Source: Lytechinus pictus (lineage: Eukaryota). Taken from it: a DNA stretch of 64,000 nucleotides. The notes under the pieces were generated by a model, which was not told the DNA's origin, searched no databases, and saw only the letters and a program-made list of their open reading frames with translations. Position numbers and translations under genes: made by a program. Of this stretch, positions 27,501-41,336 are shown in pieces. Numbering within the stretch: position 1 is the stretch's first letter; the number at the start of each line of letters is the position of its first letter. The stretch is from NCBI RefSeq assembly GCF_037042905.1, contig NC_087246.1:26474001-26538000 (forward strand), read 5' to 3'.

Positions 27501-30500
27501 GACAAAAGCAAGGCTTGTTCTTCCATGAACAAATTATTCTTTCTTTATCAGTCTCTCTTTTTGTCTATCTTTCTCTTTTTATCTATCTCCCTCCCTCTCT
27601 CTCTCTCTCTCCATGCAATTTCTATTATTTCCTTCCCTTTGATTACCTCTACATGAAAGCTGTTTTGAGACTGTATTCATCTTTTAATGATGTAAAATAA
27701 ATTTCAAACTTTTAACATATCACTGTATTTGATTACAAATAACACAATATAATTTCATGTTACTTTGAAAGATCAAAAAGTTATCAATTTGGGGCATAAT
27801 TACCCACCAGCCCATCAAAAAATAATTTTTCTAAAAAAAAAAATTCATACTGCAAAATTTTGTTTGTAAAATGTTTAGTTCTTTTTGGTTTATGACACCT
27901 TATAAAGACAATCAACTGTGATGTTGATTTATGTATAGGCCTATAACATTTGCTCCAAACTTTTGATATACTATTATTATTAGGCCTAATTGGGGTAAAG
28001 TAAGAAAGAGTATTCTAAATTTCTAAAATAAACATTAGTTCTTGAAATCAAACAATCTATCCCATATTTACAAAAACTGCGCCTGTTCACTCTTGCATTT
28101 TCCGATTGTCATGAATAATTTCCGCTCGTTTCACTAGGAATCTTCTATTTGCATGTCAACCATGCCTAAGTTACAGACCACTGTGATACTAACTTGGAAG
28201 ATATGGACTGACAATAACCGAAAGACAGAGGGCTCTCTCCTCTCTTGTGATTTTACTTCAAGCAAAATCACTCCTTCTCTTTCTCTCTCTCTCTCACTTT
28301 TCATGAACACAGGGAGCAAACTCACTACACCACTCAAGAGTATGTAGGCACTCAGAGTGGAAACCCGTGGTAGCAAAAAATTGAAAGCTTATAAATTGCA
28401 AACTATAGCATCTGCCTGATATTTCCATTATAAATACTAACCATATTTAGAATTTTATGGAAATTTAGATACTTTGAACATTAAGAATTTTCCATTTATT
28501 GATTATAGGTCTATACATAAAAATATTAAACTTTTATTAAATATGTATCGGTAAATTTTAAGGTCATACTAGTATTAATCTATGGGAACTATGTGAACTG
28601 TAGAGTATACTGCAAATGTGTTCTTACTTGGCTTTTGTTGGAAAAAATGAAGATTTGAAAACAAGAGTGTCATTTTCCTTTTAACAACCATTAATTATTC
28701 ATTGAAAATAATCATCAGGATACAAAATGTTCTTTCGCTTGGCCTATGCTCCAAACTGGGTGACTTTGGAGCTGCAGTAATTTAAATCAAATGAACCGAA
28801 TTCATGGATGATATGAAATGATGACATAAGATGGAACAAAAGAAGCCCCTCTCATATCCACTTTCCTTGGGTCGATAGGAAGAGATCGAAAGATGGCATA
28901 TATCAAGGAAGGTATTCCTGAGGGTACAGCTGATGAGGAATCGTCCAGAAATATGAGCTGAAACGAAGGACCGGTATAAGAATGAAGATCGTGGAGGGGG
29001 GGGGGGGTGAAGGACTAGATACATGTTAAATGCAAGAACATGGAGCAAGAAATTAGGCCAATGAGATGAATCACTAACTAACCACAATGCTGCGTGGGAA
29101 GAATGCAAGACGAGTCAAGCACTGGATTCATCCAGAGATACATGTAGAAGGGGTAACAGGTTACATCATGGCAACCTACAGGTGGTGGTGCATGGTAAGT
29201 ATGTTCAGCAGTCACCATGTCGTCTTATCTGGCTAGCTACCTGTTCACCAGAAAGTCATCACAATGTATCCTGCGACATTAAGTTTGCCATTAGACAGCA
29301 CATCGCAACTGTCTGCCTAACCCTGTAGACTTTGCACCAGTGAGGTAAACTCACTTTGCTAAAAACGTATTGAGAACAGAAAGTGGAACAACCTTAACCC
29401 CCAGACTTTTCAGTGGGACTTACTTGCCATTTGGCCCCACTTCTATAGTACATGAATAAGTGAGAAAGGGTAAAAAAAAGATATCCTCAAACCTGTTGGT
29501 TGAAGACCACTAGCAGTCAAGTATAAAGTTGCTGATGTACAGAGTCGAGCCTGATGATAGCAAATGGGTAGGCCCTATTATTAAATTCTTGGGATGCGTG
29601 TAATTGTAAGAATGTATGGTAGTAGATTGAAATGTAAAATGACATCGCTCACCTCTACAAACTTCAAGGAATACAATCAATCTCAAGTAATTAAATCTCC
29701 ACATTATTTCTATCCAGACAAAGCTTCTTTACAGATCCCACACATTAGTAGGGCACTGTCTGACAAGCGACATTCAGGGTAGCATGCTCAGATGTAGGAC
29801 TTTAAATATATTTTCAAGTTGCTGCCTTTTAAATCCCCATCGTGTCAAAAAAGGAAACACTTTATATTTGACTTTGAACAACCATAACTTTACCCTTACA
29901 CATCATCATCCAGTAATTCAAAACAATCTTCATTTTCTAAATCAAATGTATGCCTATTCTCAATAAACTTACCTTGTTTCCGGTTGTTCAGGTGAAAATG
30001 ACCACACCATGCGTTACAAGCAAGACTGGTCAGCCAATCTGCATGGCCAGTACAACTACCAGACACACACTGGATGTACTCCATAGGGGGTATCTGATTA
30101 ATTGACCATCCCATCAGCCTCTCTCTCTCTCTCTCCCCCTCTCCTCTAAAATTTGCATCTCATTTCAGAAAAATCAAAAGCCCCTGATGAAGAAGTAGTC
30201 TTAGTAGATGAAGTAATGCAGACTTTTATAACAAACTTCACAACCATCAAACTCTTTCTTTTTCATCAGTTTCATGAATTTAAAATTAATAATCTATTCA
30301 TTCTATTCACACAAAGCAGAGATTCACCTACACATACACAAATTATAACAATCCTAAGAATCCATGTGGTACAATATCAAACAATCATTAGGCCTAATGA
30401 AATATTTTTTCTCAATTTGATGTGTTGACCAACCAAATTCTTAATCAAATTACATTTACTTTGTAATCAACTTCTACCAGCCTGTAAACATAGTGGCACC

Positions 30501-31989
30501 TTATGAAAAAAAATGTTTCAGAAACACTGAAGATTGCAGCACCAAGGCCCTACTTGATAACTTCTGCACCCACACAACAAAATCAATTAAATACTTTCCC
30601 AAAGAAAAAGGTATGATTTGTTAGACTAGCTGTGGGCAAGTGGCCCTGAAAGGGAGTTCCCTGATCATTGTTTTGTGGGCGGCCACTGACCATTACAGGG
30701 TCCAATGCCTCTTTAATCCTCTCACATTAATACCACACTGAAGAGCTGTCCAAAGGAATGTTTCCCAACATTTCATGACTGGGGAACTTTACCCCATACT
30801 AGTCTTACTACTTCAGACATCTTTTTAGGTTAAACCTCTCAAATGAAGTTATTTATATCTACACATATCATGGTTGGTATGCAAGGAGTCGATGATATCA
30901 CAAACTAACTAGGCCTATATCATTTGTCTGTTATTATAATATATGACATTATATTATGTATTTTTCTGCTTTATATTTAGGAATTCATGGAAAATGGAAA
31001 ATTATCATCATTCAAATTTATTGCAATCTGGTGGAGATCATCTTCATAATTAAATATTTTAAATTTGATTATTTTATCCTTCCAATTATACTCTCTCTAA
31101 TCAAATATTTTAAAAAAATTAACTTTCATGATTATGTTAATATTTACACTTTAATTTACAATATTTCCTCAAAATTTGTCAATCTGCATGAATATATACT
31201 GTCACTGTGCTTGCACCATTAGTTTTTTTTTTTTGGGGGGGGAGCCTTGGGCATCATGTGCACGTTCATTACTATCATTACCACAATGCATCATAAAAAG
31301 GCTAGGAATCAAAACTATTGTTCTGCTGACCACCCCTCTTACAAGTACCAATCCACTCTCACTGAAATGGGTGTAGGCTTATCCACAGGTGTTTAAATCA
31401 TTTCCTATTAAACAATAACTTCTGGAGATATCCCCAGAGAGCCCTGCGTATCATCAGCATTCAATAAATCTTGCTTATGAAAGGATGGAGAACATAGTTT
31501 TCGTTCCTCTCATTATTATTCTCATTATTCAGGACATGAAATGCAATAAAAACAAACCATGGATGTTGCACATTCTTTGGATAAAGCCGTCCCTGGAAAG
31601 TAATTAACTAATTATCCCAGATTACTGCTCCAGACTCCTGTCTAGACATAAAAGTCATTATTTTTTTCTGGGAAGAGATTTTTTTCCTGAATAAACAGTT
31701 ATTTACACCATATCAGAGGCCTCCGTAACCCTCGCCAATTTAATTCAGTCATTAAGAATGAAATAACATTTAAAAACCCCTTTGGTTGGGAGCATTGATC
31801 CCATTGCCTATTGAATTACATGCCCTGTGTCATAAACACAAACAAACTTCTCTTCTATCTAAATTGTATCAGTTTGGGGGAAAATTTAAGAAATGCTCGC
31901 TTTGGGGTGTTTCAGTTAAAGTTAGCTGCATGCATAGTGATATTTCATACTTCATTTTTATGTCATTACAATGGTTGCATCCACCTCAG

Positions 31990-32125
31990 GTCCCCTGTTG
32001 CATCAAAGATATTATGGTGACTTTGCCATCCAATGCTATTTCTCAAAAACCAATCAAAATCAATTTCATGAAAGTCACCATTAGATGACAAACTTGCAAC
32101 AAAAGTAACTTTTAAGCAACAGGGT
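31990..32125. mobile_element. Degenerate Harbinger-type MITE (CWG target class)
   Basis: CCCTGTTGC...GCAACAGGG inverted ends, internal inverted ATGGTGACTTT/AAAGTCACCAT, and CAG on both flanks (31987-31989, 32126-32128). Confidence 0.65.
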
Positions 32126-32766
32126 CAGATCTCATAACGATTGTCCTATATTTAATAACCTCTTTCCTACTGGAACAAGATTACAAGATTATATAAATGT
32201 GTATGCCCTCAAACAATTGATGTAGAGGATGAAAAAAAAATAATCGAATGATACTATTTTGCATGAAATTTATTTTGGCTGGGTGCCTGATCAAACTAAA
32301 ACATCCGGGTGTTTTACTTCTTTTTTATATAATAGCCATAGGGCCTACCACTTCACAAGACAGAGAAGTACTTAGATTTGCTGAAGATTGTGATATTGTG
32401 TAATTGAAACTTGTTACACCTCTTTTCAACCAAGTTCAAAACTTTGCAATGTAATAGAGGCCAAAGTATGTAGAGTCAACATCTTAAACAAACAAACACA
32501 TAAAATCGTGAGGTCTCGAATGTGAAGAAGAAAATGTTTTAATTCTTGAGGCAAATTTGACTTTCCTGGGAATGGATCTCATTTGCAATTACAATCACTT
32601 TTCTTTTTTTCTCTAGCTGCATGGGGAAATCACAAAGACGTGGTGTTGATGCAACAGTTTCAACAGACAAGATAGGAAATGAATCACCTTATTTGAAATC
32701 CATGCGTCAGATCTGTGAAGTGATTTAACCAAGGGTTCTAAGACAAATATCAAACAAATATTCATA

Positions 32767-32984
32767 CACAGTAAAAATCGATGTTTGACATTTTCATAAA
32801 AGTCTGTTTACTGTATAGTGAATGTTACAGTGGTTGTTTAAACAGTTTTTAAAAAGTGTTTAAAATCTTAAACAACAAAGTTTAATTTCTGATATTGAAT
32901 TCTCAATATGCATGGTTGTTTAAACTGTAAGGTTCATATGGTAAATGGCATTGTAGAAAATTTTAAACAGAGATTTTTACCGTG
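32767..32984. mobile_element. CMC/EnSpm-type MITE with CAC...GTG ends and TA duplication
   Basis: CACAGTAAAAATC versus right end GATTTTTACCGTG. TA at 32765-32766 and 32985-32986. Internal TGTTTAAAC repeats. Confidence 0.75.
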
Positions 32985-33161
32985 TATCTTGTGTTTATAA
33001 AGAGAATCTAAATTCAAGCTCATTCTGGTGGAATCGAGAGAATGCAAGAGGACCTCTCATATTTTGTTTATGTATAGACACATCATTTCCATCCGCCTTC
33101 TCTGGAGGTAGAGTGTGATGTGCAGGAACCTCTTGAAGCAGCCAACATGAGCTTGGAGTTA

Positions 33162-33561
33162 TACCCCTTTCATAATCCCAATAAAACCTATCCTCCAATT
33201 AGCCGCCTAAGAGTAATGCGGATAATTCAATAAAAATTGCGTTCACAAACTCCGAAAATTATCCGCATTGTTTTTACGAGCGCCCGTCCTGAAAAAGGCG
33301 GATAATCGTCATGACAACTGGACACGCCCCCTCCGATGCGGTTGTGTTGGAAAAGGGTGACCTTGTGACCGCACCATGGCAATTATCCGCATTATTTGGA
33401 AATACGTTCATAAACTCAAAATCTTGTCCCGATGTCGCTATTATGCGGATAATAGCAGCATCAGAATAATGCGGATAACTCTTGTCCTCCTCTGATTTTA
33501 CGACCAAATTATGCTGCTATTAGCCGCATAATTGGGTTTTATTGGGTTTATGAAAGGGGTA
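33162..33561. mobile_element. PIF/Harbinger non-autonomous element, 400 bp, TTA TSD
   Basis: 27-bp TIR TACCCCTTTCATAAWCCCAATAAAACC (1 mismatch). TTA at 33159-33161 and 33562-33564. Multiple internal GCGGMTAAT motifs in both orientations. Confidence 0.93.
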
Positions 33562-34920
33562 TTAGATTCTCTGTATAAACACAAAGAAAGATGCTTGCTC
33601 ATTTGGGACTCTAATAAATACCCTGTTCATACAAAGATATTGCTACAAAAATAAATGTTTAAATATTGTTTACCTATGTTTAATAAGGATGTGAGTGTTG
33701 ACATGGCATGAAATTAATGAAGTAACAGCTCTAGAAGAAAACAAATGTTCATACGCTAATTTTAATAGGCCTATAGCATGTTTGGGATTTACAGAAATGT
33801 TTTCTAAAGGAACAATAATCTAATTATCCTCAAATTCCTAACATATCGTGAGAATCAAAGCTATATGAGTGTTAAGTACTGCTGAATTGCGACTTTGGCA
33901 AGTAAAGGGTTAAATGCAGTTGCAGTGTATTCAAACACCACTATACTTGTTCTGGATAGGAAAAAATAACTTCAACGAAACGATACAAGGACCAGTAAAA
34001 GATGTGTTTATATAATCAAGAATCAACTCATACTTATGGATATTGAGAATTGAAGAAGGAACTAATTGATAACAGTCAGTGATATAAAATATTACATTCA
34101 TAACTTTGTTTGATGAACAAAATTGATGAACAAAATACTCTACCCTATAGTGGCTGTTTTGCCAAAAGTTTAGAAAAAAGCAACAAAAAATCAATTAAAT
34201 GGATGAAAAATATTCCAATATTCTTATTGCTTGTATAATATGATTACATTTGTTTTCTGCACACACAAAAATTGCTTCTAAAATACAATTTGCTTATTGC
34301 AGTGTTGTACTACCAGTAATATTTAATATCCTGTTACTCTAAAGCATATATTCCTGCAGATGTTTCAAAAACAAGTATTTAATGAAAACCCACCCAAGGA
34401 CCTTGAATACTACAGATGATGTAAAAACTAATGAATAAAAAATAAATATCTGTAAAAATTGCCAACCTCAGACATACCAGTACCAGTCAGAAACTTTAAA
34501 AGCTTTCATAAATCACAAAAATGTGATCAAAATTACATCACCTTGATTCCAACCCACAAACCATAGGGGAAAAAATAATTTGGTTTTCCATCGATATGCA
34601 TAAACTTTCTAATTGTGTTAATACATATTTCTACTTGTATCCCTCCTTTCCCCTTCTAATTTCATTCAACATTATGAATGCAATGTTTTACGAAGTTCTG
34701 AACCTTATATGAATGCCATATCCCCAACCTGTCAATGCAAATATTGCACTTGTTTTCCTTTCCTTGTCTAAATGGTCCATGGAATTTCAATCAACGAAGC
34801 TCATACATCATCTCTAATGTACAAACAAGGAAAAAGGAGAGGCTTATTCTCCAGAGCTGTTCATATATGGCACGATTCTCAGCTCTATCCAAATCATTTG
34901 AATCATTCAAATGTTTCCAT

Positions 34921-35095
34921 CATAATAATAACAATAATGATAATGAAACATTTTTGTATAGCTCAAAATACATAGGCAAAATTCCATGTCTCTAAGTGCT
35001 TTTTACAAGTGGAGATAGAGTGGAGAGCATTGGGTTCCTAATTGTTTACAAACTGCTAAATAAATGTGTTTCAAGCTCTTTTCAAACTTTTCATA
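34921..35095 (-). mobile_element. L2-clade LINE 3' end
   Basis: Minus strand reads ..TTGAAACACATTTATTTAG.., resembling the LKTHLF-type ORF2 terminus. It continues with AAGCACTTAGAGAC...GAGCTATACAAAA, an L2-like 3' stem-loop, and a (TTA)n tail. Confidence 0.55.
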
Positions 35096-35310
35096 TATTT
35101 GGTTATTCCTAATATAAGCATCCAAAATAGACAACTGGACAGATACAAATTAATGTATAAAGTGGAAGTTAATGTTCCTACCAATATTATTTATTTTTAG
35201 GCAAGTTTTTTTGTCCACTCCTGAGGGTCTTTCTCTTTCCTATCACTCATGTAAGACACCATCTAAATGTTCTTTACTTAAATCTGTGAACAGATCAGAA
35301 TGCTCCTTAT

Positions 35311-35705
35311 AGGTAAATGCTAGTTTTGGTAACGATATCAAAATGAGTTCGTACAGAATCCAATGAAATGACCACCAAAGTGTCTGTTTGTATAAATAAA
35401 ACGTATGTGCCAAAGGATTCTGGAAGAAATTGTGTAATTGCTGAGAAATCAGCAAATAAGCATAGGATTCGGTTAGAGCGTCGGGCCCGACATTCAAATC
35501 AATAATTATACACTGTCCCACGTGCGCTTATCTGTGTTGGGGATCTTCAGTCTGTACATTTTTCAGCGTAGATTTCAAGATTTCACGAAGTTCAGTTTAT
35601 GTAACTGTACCAGATCTAGATCCTCGATGATATACTGACAATTTAGCCTTGTTTTACAGACTTTCTCATGAAATCAGTGTTTACTGCAACTACTGAAATT
35701 TCTCT
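35311..35705. mobile_element. Kolobok-type non-autonomous element (TTAA target)
   Basis: Left TTAT|AGGTAAATGCTAGTT versus reverse complement of right TTAA|AGAGAAATTTCAGTAG. RR termini, TTAA-like flanks and a CpG-retaining interior. Confidence 0.7.
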
Positions 35706-37199
35706 TTAATACAGTTACTATCATTATGAAACGAAAAATCAACCTGATACAGAAAGCAAAAAAGAACATCCAGATACAATATCTAATTCATCTGGAAATC
35801 TTTTACGTGGCAAGGAAAAATAAATATAAAGGTACTAATGTAAGGTAATGTTATGGGCAAAGATAGAGTCACAATTGAATTAAAAACTTCAAGTTTGAGA
35901 GCCACACAAGTTGTAAAAGCAAATATTAAATATTTGTTTAATAAGATAGTTTGACATCATAGGCCTGTCTCAAACTGTGACATGATCAGCAAAAATCAAT
36001 TAATATAGGGCCTACAGCTCCATATAATTTTTTTCACACAAAACTTTTGAATACATTTGGTCTGGTTTATTTTATCATTATAACGATTACAGACAGGCAG
36101 TCTGTCAAAGGAACAGCTTGGATTAGAGATGGTAGGACAAGATGTCTGGATAGGCAAGTTCCCACCCTTGATAGTAGTCTCTAAAACCAAAAAAGATTTC
36201 TTCTAATCCACCAGATTCTTCCAAACCCTCACTGGATTAGAAGCAAGATTTGTTTTACAGGGGATACCGAATCCTGATCGATGCATTTCAAAACCAGACC
36301 ACCTTCCGATTGTTATCAAGACCCGAATACCGAGGTTCCTTTTGAAGGGTGATCAATTTGAAGGAGGAACCAATACCACAGGTGCAAGTGTGAAAGTAGC
36401 CTTGCCAGGCTGGTGTGACCTCGGCTGACCTATATTATTAGACTCAGGAAGAAATACCTGAAAATTAGGAAGCTGATGAACAAACAGCCAAGTCTGCAGT
36501 TTCTCAATTTTTTAGATGGACACACCTAGTCTTCCTCTCCAGCCACTGTAGACTAATTACATCCTAGGTACTCTGGACTAATCTATGCAACAGATACTAG
36601 TACTGACTTCTCGGTTTCCTTTTATCATAAGACTTAATGGTAAATATAAACTTCTTTGTATTTTATTGTCTATTTGCAATTTGCAAATACCATATATTGC
36701 TGTCCTGGCTACCACAGAAGACACCTGTCATTCTGAAAGGAAGTATGGGAGAAGCCATTTTGATATGTTTGATACGTGGGGGGGGGGGGCTAATAGGCAT
36801 AAACTATAAAGTACTAATGAATTCTCAAACCGTTGAAGACATCGAAAATAAAATAATTGTAAATCATTTTTATTAACGAATAATATTCATGGATGGCAAT
36901 TATCAATATCAATAGGCCTGTATAAAATATAATTCAAAATAGATAATACTTCACATTTAGGCTTATAGAAGTCTTAATTAGGGGTTTGACTGTTCACAAT
37001 CCACAATTGATTTTGGGAGGTAAATCCTTCATATTTAAAGTGTACCAAGTCTTTCAGAAAGGACCGAAAGCCATTGACAGGTCAACTGGACCCATGCTAC
37101 CGAAAAAACCACGATTACACAAGATAGTCAGTCATCTGGATGTAACAATATTTCTTTATCCACTTTCTCAATTCCACCATCTTCATCCCATACTTCCAG

Positions 37200-37490
37200 T
37201 TATCATCATCACCATCATCATCATCAACATCATCATCGTCGTATTCTTTCTCCTACTCCTCACTATCCTCTCCTACTTGTCCTCTTTCTTTCCATCATCC
37301 TTCCCTCGTACCACTTTGCTCACACTCCTTCCTCTCTCTACTCTTATACTCCTTCCTCCTCCTCCCCTCTCCCCCCCCCTCCTCCTCTCCTCCTCCATCA
37401 TCACCACTTCTACCACCTCTACCACCACCTCCACCACCACAACCACATTACCATCACCACCACCCCTGACTCGCCCTCATCCTCCTCCAG
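37200..37490 (+). repeat. Low-complexity (CAT)n/(CCT)n/(CAC)n trinucleotide tract
   Basis: Successive CAT, CCT and CAC/ACC runs; these generate most of the spurious 228-aa ORF. Confidence 0.9.
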
Positions 37491-37500
37491 CAGACATCAG

Positions 37501-37771
37501 TGCCCCGTCTTACAAAGATTCACAATTGATCCGATCAATCGTGACTCTATGGAAATCCATCAGTCTCATAATTTTTTCTACAGAAAATTTGCACAATGTC
37601 CATTGTAAACAAAGGAGAACATACCAAATTGTCAAGAAATCAATGAATTCATGGATATACATTCATATCTAGAAAATCTTTTGAACAAACATGCATTTTA
37701 TATGTTGACATTGCTGGCCGTCCATAGTTGCAATTGATCGGATCAATCGCAACTCTTCGTAAGACGGGCCC
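37501..37771. mobile_element. Harbinger-type MITE with ~50-bp TIRs, CAG TSD
   Basis: GCCCCGTCTTACAAAGA..ATTGATCCGATCAAT..CTATGG is mirrored by CCATAG..ATTGATCGGATCAAT..TCTTCGTAAGACGGGCCC. CAG at 37498-37500 and 37772-37774. Confidence 0.88.
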
Positions 37772-40700
37772 CAGTTCTCCCTGATGCCATCCTATTAGAT
37801 TGTACGGATGTTAAATCTACACCAGAAGGGGGTCTAAGATGAACCTAAGGATGATGAAGCTTGTTGGATACCTGACACTTTCTGGATGTGAAATGGAAAT
37901 AAGAGTGGATTTGTCTTGGTTTTTATCTACCTTAAGTCCTCCTTTATAACATCAAATTCCTTCAATACCCACCTTCCCAATACTTTAATTTCTATTTCTC
38001 TCTCATTACACCTTCTTCTAACGTTTCTCTTTAAAGTGGTTAGTCAAATTAATTCATGTATCTTTTGCCCCTTTCAAATATTTTCTATCCCTATTCTACA
38101 ATTATATATTAATTGCTCTGTCTTTCAGTATTTTACCTTTTCTCTTACCGCCATTTCCTATGAATAGGATGTCTATTATTTCATATTCAATATTTTCTTT
38201 GCACTTGTGAATATTTCTTTAATTCCCTTTAAAAGATTTTAAATGCGTATACCACATTATTTCCATTAATTATCATCAAATTAGTCATATTGTGCTGTGC
38301 TTTATATCATAATAAAATACTATGAATAATACATATTATCAATCATACAATAGAAAAGACACTTCAAAGGAAGATATGCTTCCATCATCGAAATTAAAGA
38401 TATAAGCAAATCTGAGGAAATATGAGATTTAACAAGGTTTTCATTACAGTTTGAACAGACCGTCGAGGTATAGTCTAGGCATGTTTCTTATCAATAAATG
38501 CTGTGACAAAATACATAATCAAGAAGAAACGCTTTCACCGAAATTGAAGTTTCGCTCCTAAATTTGATTATGGATCTTGAAACGAAGATCATCATGCAGG
38601 CAGTCATCTGACTCTGGTTGGTCAGGAATAAAAAGAGATAAAATCCAGCAATTGATGAGAAAAAGTTTATCATTTACAATGGATACTGAAAAAGGTTTCC
38701 AATCACTTTTTTTGTCATAAAGTTGCATTTTATCCCTAAGATAATACTGTACTTTCATGGGGTACTCTTAAGAGTAAATTAATTTTTACTTACACTTATC
38801 AAGATGTGTTGACTTCTTAAGCGCTTTGAGCTTGGGTACTTTTCAAGACAACAATTAAACAAGAAAAAAGATTTACCTGCTCCCTCCCTTTATATTTCAT
38901 TTTCAGTTTGTCTAATTACAAATACATTATCAGAGTATAGTCACCAGCTAATGGCTGCAGATATTGAGTTCTAAAGAAACAGTATCCTGGTGGCTTGTTT
39001 GAAGGATAAGTCAGAATTGTGGAAATTTGTGGGTTAATGACTGGATACAAAGTTCACAGACGAAGTGCAGAGCGCTAAGAAACAAAGACCGACTGAAATA
39101 CAAAAGCAGATCAACCACACAAAATAATAAAAGAAATATGGAAAGTATTCGCTACAAGATCAGGGTCCAAGGATAATGCCTCTAGCGATAATTTATCTAA
39201 AATGCAAATGACTCTAGTTCCTTTTTTACCCCAACCTTTTTCCTTCCTCCATCCCTCCCTTTTATCCATTCTTTTGATCTCTTGCCCGTTCTCTTATCTC
39301 TCCATTCTCATCATCCATTTGTTCTTTGCTTCTCGATTTCAATTCATTTATTTTCTCTCTCTCTCTCTCTCTCATACGATTTCTTGTACCTTTTTCACTA
39401 TTTGTGTTCTATAATAATCTTTCCGTCTTTTGTCTCTGTGTGCAGGGCTAGATCTTTTCTTCGGGGATAAATGAACTATTTGAAATAGATAGCTGGTGAG
39501 TATAACGAGTGGGGGGGGGGGGGGCTTGGCTTGAGTTGGCCAGCTCACAAGTAATTGAAACTATAAAGGAACTCTGAAGAAAGAAAATATAGTGAACTTA
39601 TCACCCCGCCCTTAATGACTTTTGGAGAGGGGTTGGTTTATGAAGACTGATGGTTTATTGTAACAAATGACTAGTATGTATTGTACAGAAACCCAATCAT
39701 TGTAATATCTAAAGATTTTCATTTAGATTAAAATGAACCTACAATATTATGGGGGAATGAGGTAAGCTGCAATATAGTCACTGGGAACTGGACCAATTAG
39801 GTACAATATCTTCTGTTACATCTATTTCAATTTAAGATGAATTCTCTCATAAATCAATTAACTTGACAGCTATGAAAACAGATAACTAATGCTTTTGTAT
39901 ATTCAAATAAATTTGTATTACTAACAGTATCCATTATCGTAATATTCAAAATGAAATGCTGAATCAATATTAAACTCATTTTCACATGGATATATGTATA
40001 TCTCATTAAAAATAACACCTGCACCTACCGGCTAAGGATTTGATTATTAATTTCATATTATCTGGCTAAGCAAAGTGATACTGATTGGAAAGGAAATAAT
40101 GTGGCCAGATTTCAACAGTTAACATGGAACAGCTCGAACACCAATGGTACTTAACAAACAGAACTCATTTCAAAATTAAAATCTATAACATCTAATACTT
40201 CCAACAGTCACATTCTCCTATAAAGCAGCTTGCATCGTCACCCTAGGCTACCAGCCCACTATACCAAACACCCATCTAATTCTAATTAACTCGCGATGCA
40301 CCTGTGTACTTTCTAAAGGCAATTAAAACTCACTTGAATCTATATTTGTCTGATGAATTCATCTGAAATATCACCATCATCTGTCATCACTGACTTATTG
40401 CTTCGGTTAATTACTATATCAGGGAATACACTGGCAGAGAAATTATGCATTTCTTCTCTTTACAACAGCAAGCTTAAAAAGCTACATTGGATATTGGCTG
40501 AGCCATACCAAACAGAGTCAAAAAGTACGGACATGAACCTAGTGATAGAATTCACAAATTCTGCAATATTTATTTATTCCTCTTTAATTCAAATGTTTTA
40601 TTGATAACCATTTTGTTTCTTAGATTGACTCAACGTTATACCATTCATCAAAGCAGAAAGTGTGTTAGTGTCAATGTGAAAAGCATCTTATCTGGCCTTT

Positions 40701-41071
40701 CGATGTAGTATTATGCCATTCTTACAGATCATATAATGCTTATCTGAACTTCAAAAGGAAATTAATAAAGCACATGCAGTATTGAGCCAAAGTGACGTAG
40801 TCTATATAATCAAATTATTTCTATTTATGACTGAAAGGGAGAATAAGTGTTTAATTTTTTTGCAGAACGTTTCAAAATTATTTTGAATCATTTTTGGAAA
40901 GAACGTTGAACAGACCTTTAAAACCCTACCAAACTTAAGGACATCTACCTTTGTAGTTTGTAAATATACTGAAATCAATAATAGTTCAATTAAGTTCAAT
41001 ATTTATTTCCATTCTGATAAGATTTTTTTTCAAAAAAAAGTTTTATGTGTTTATGATAATCCTCTTTTTGA

Positions 41072-41336
41072 AGGTTTTCTCGGTCAGTTCATAAGTCTCT
41101 GGACGTTTGACAAGGTCTGGGGTTCAAATCCCACTATAGCGCCAATGTGCACTGGGATGACATTTGTCTACATTTGCCAATCTCAACCCAGGTGTGAATG
41201 AGTAACTGATGTACTTCAGCATGGAGGGTGGTAGTTTCTTTGGGAGCTTGCATCTCGTCTATGACCAGGCTAATAACTGCACCACGAGCATCACAACATG
41301 ATGGCCATGAAGCACTATCCAATAGCCTTTATTCAT
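41072..41336 (+). mobile_element. tRNA-derived SINE (degenerate)
   Basis: B-box GGTTCAAATCC at 41121-41131, a central block CATTTGCCAATCTCAACCCAGGTG shared with the copy at 44170-44655, and an L2-like 3' end AAGCACTAT..AAT. Confidence 0.7.

Noticed and set aside
29181-29973. Consensus GTAAGT donors (plus strand ~29194, minus strand 29967-29972)
   Set aside because: No convincing paired acceptor or coding frame; several such words are expected by chance.
36986-37672. Longest ORF (228 aa)
   Set aside because: Produced by trinucleotide low-complexity sequence plus read-through into a MITE; not protein-like.
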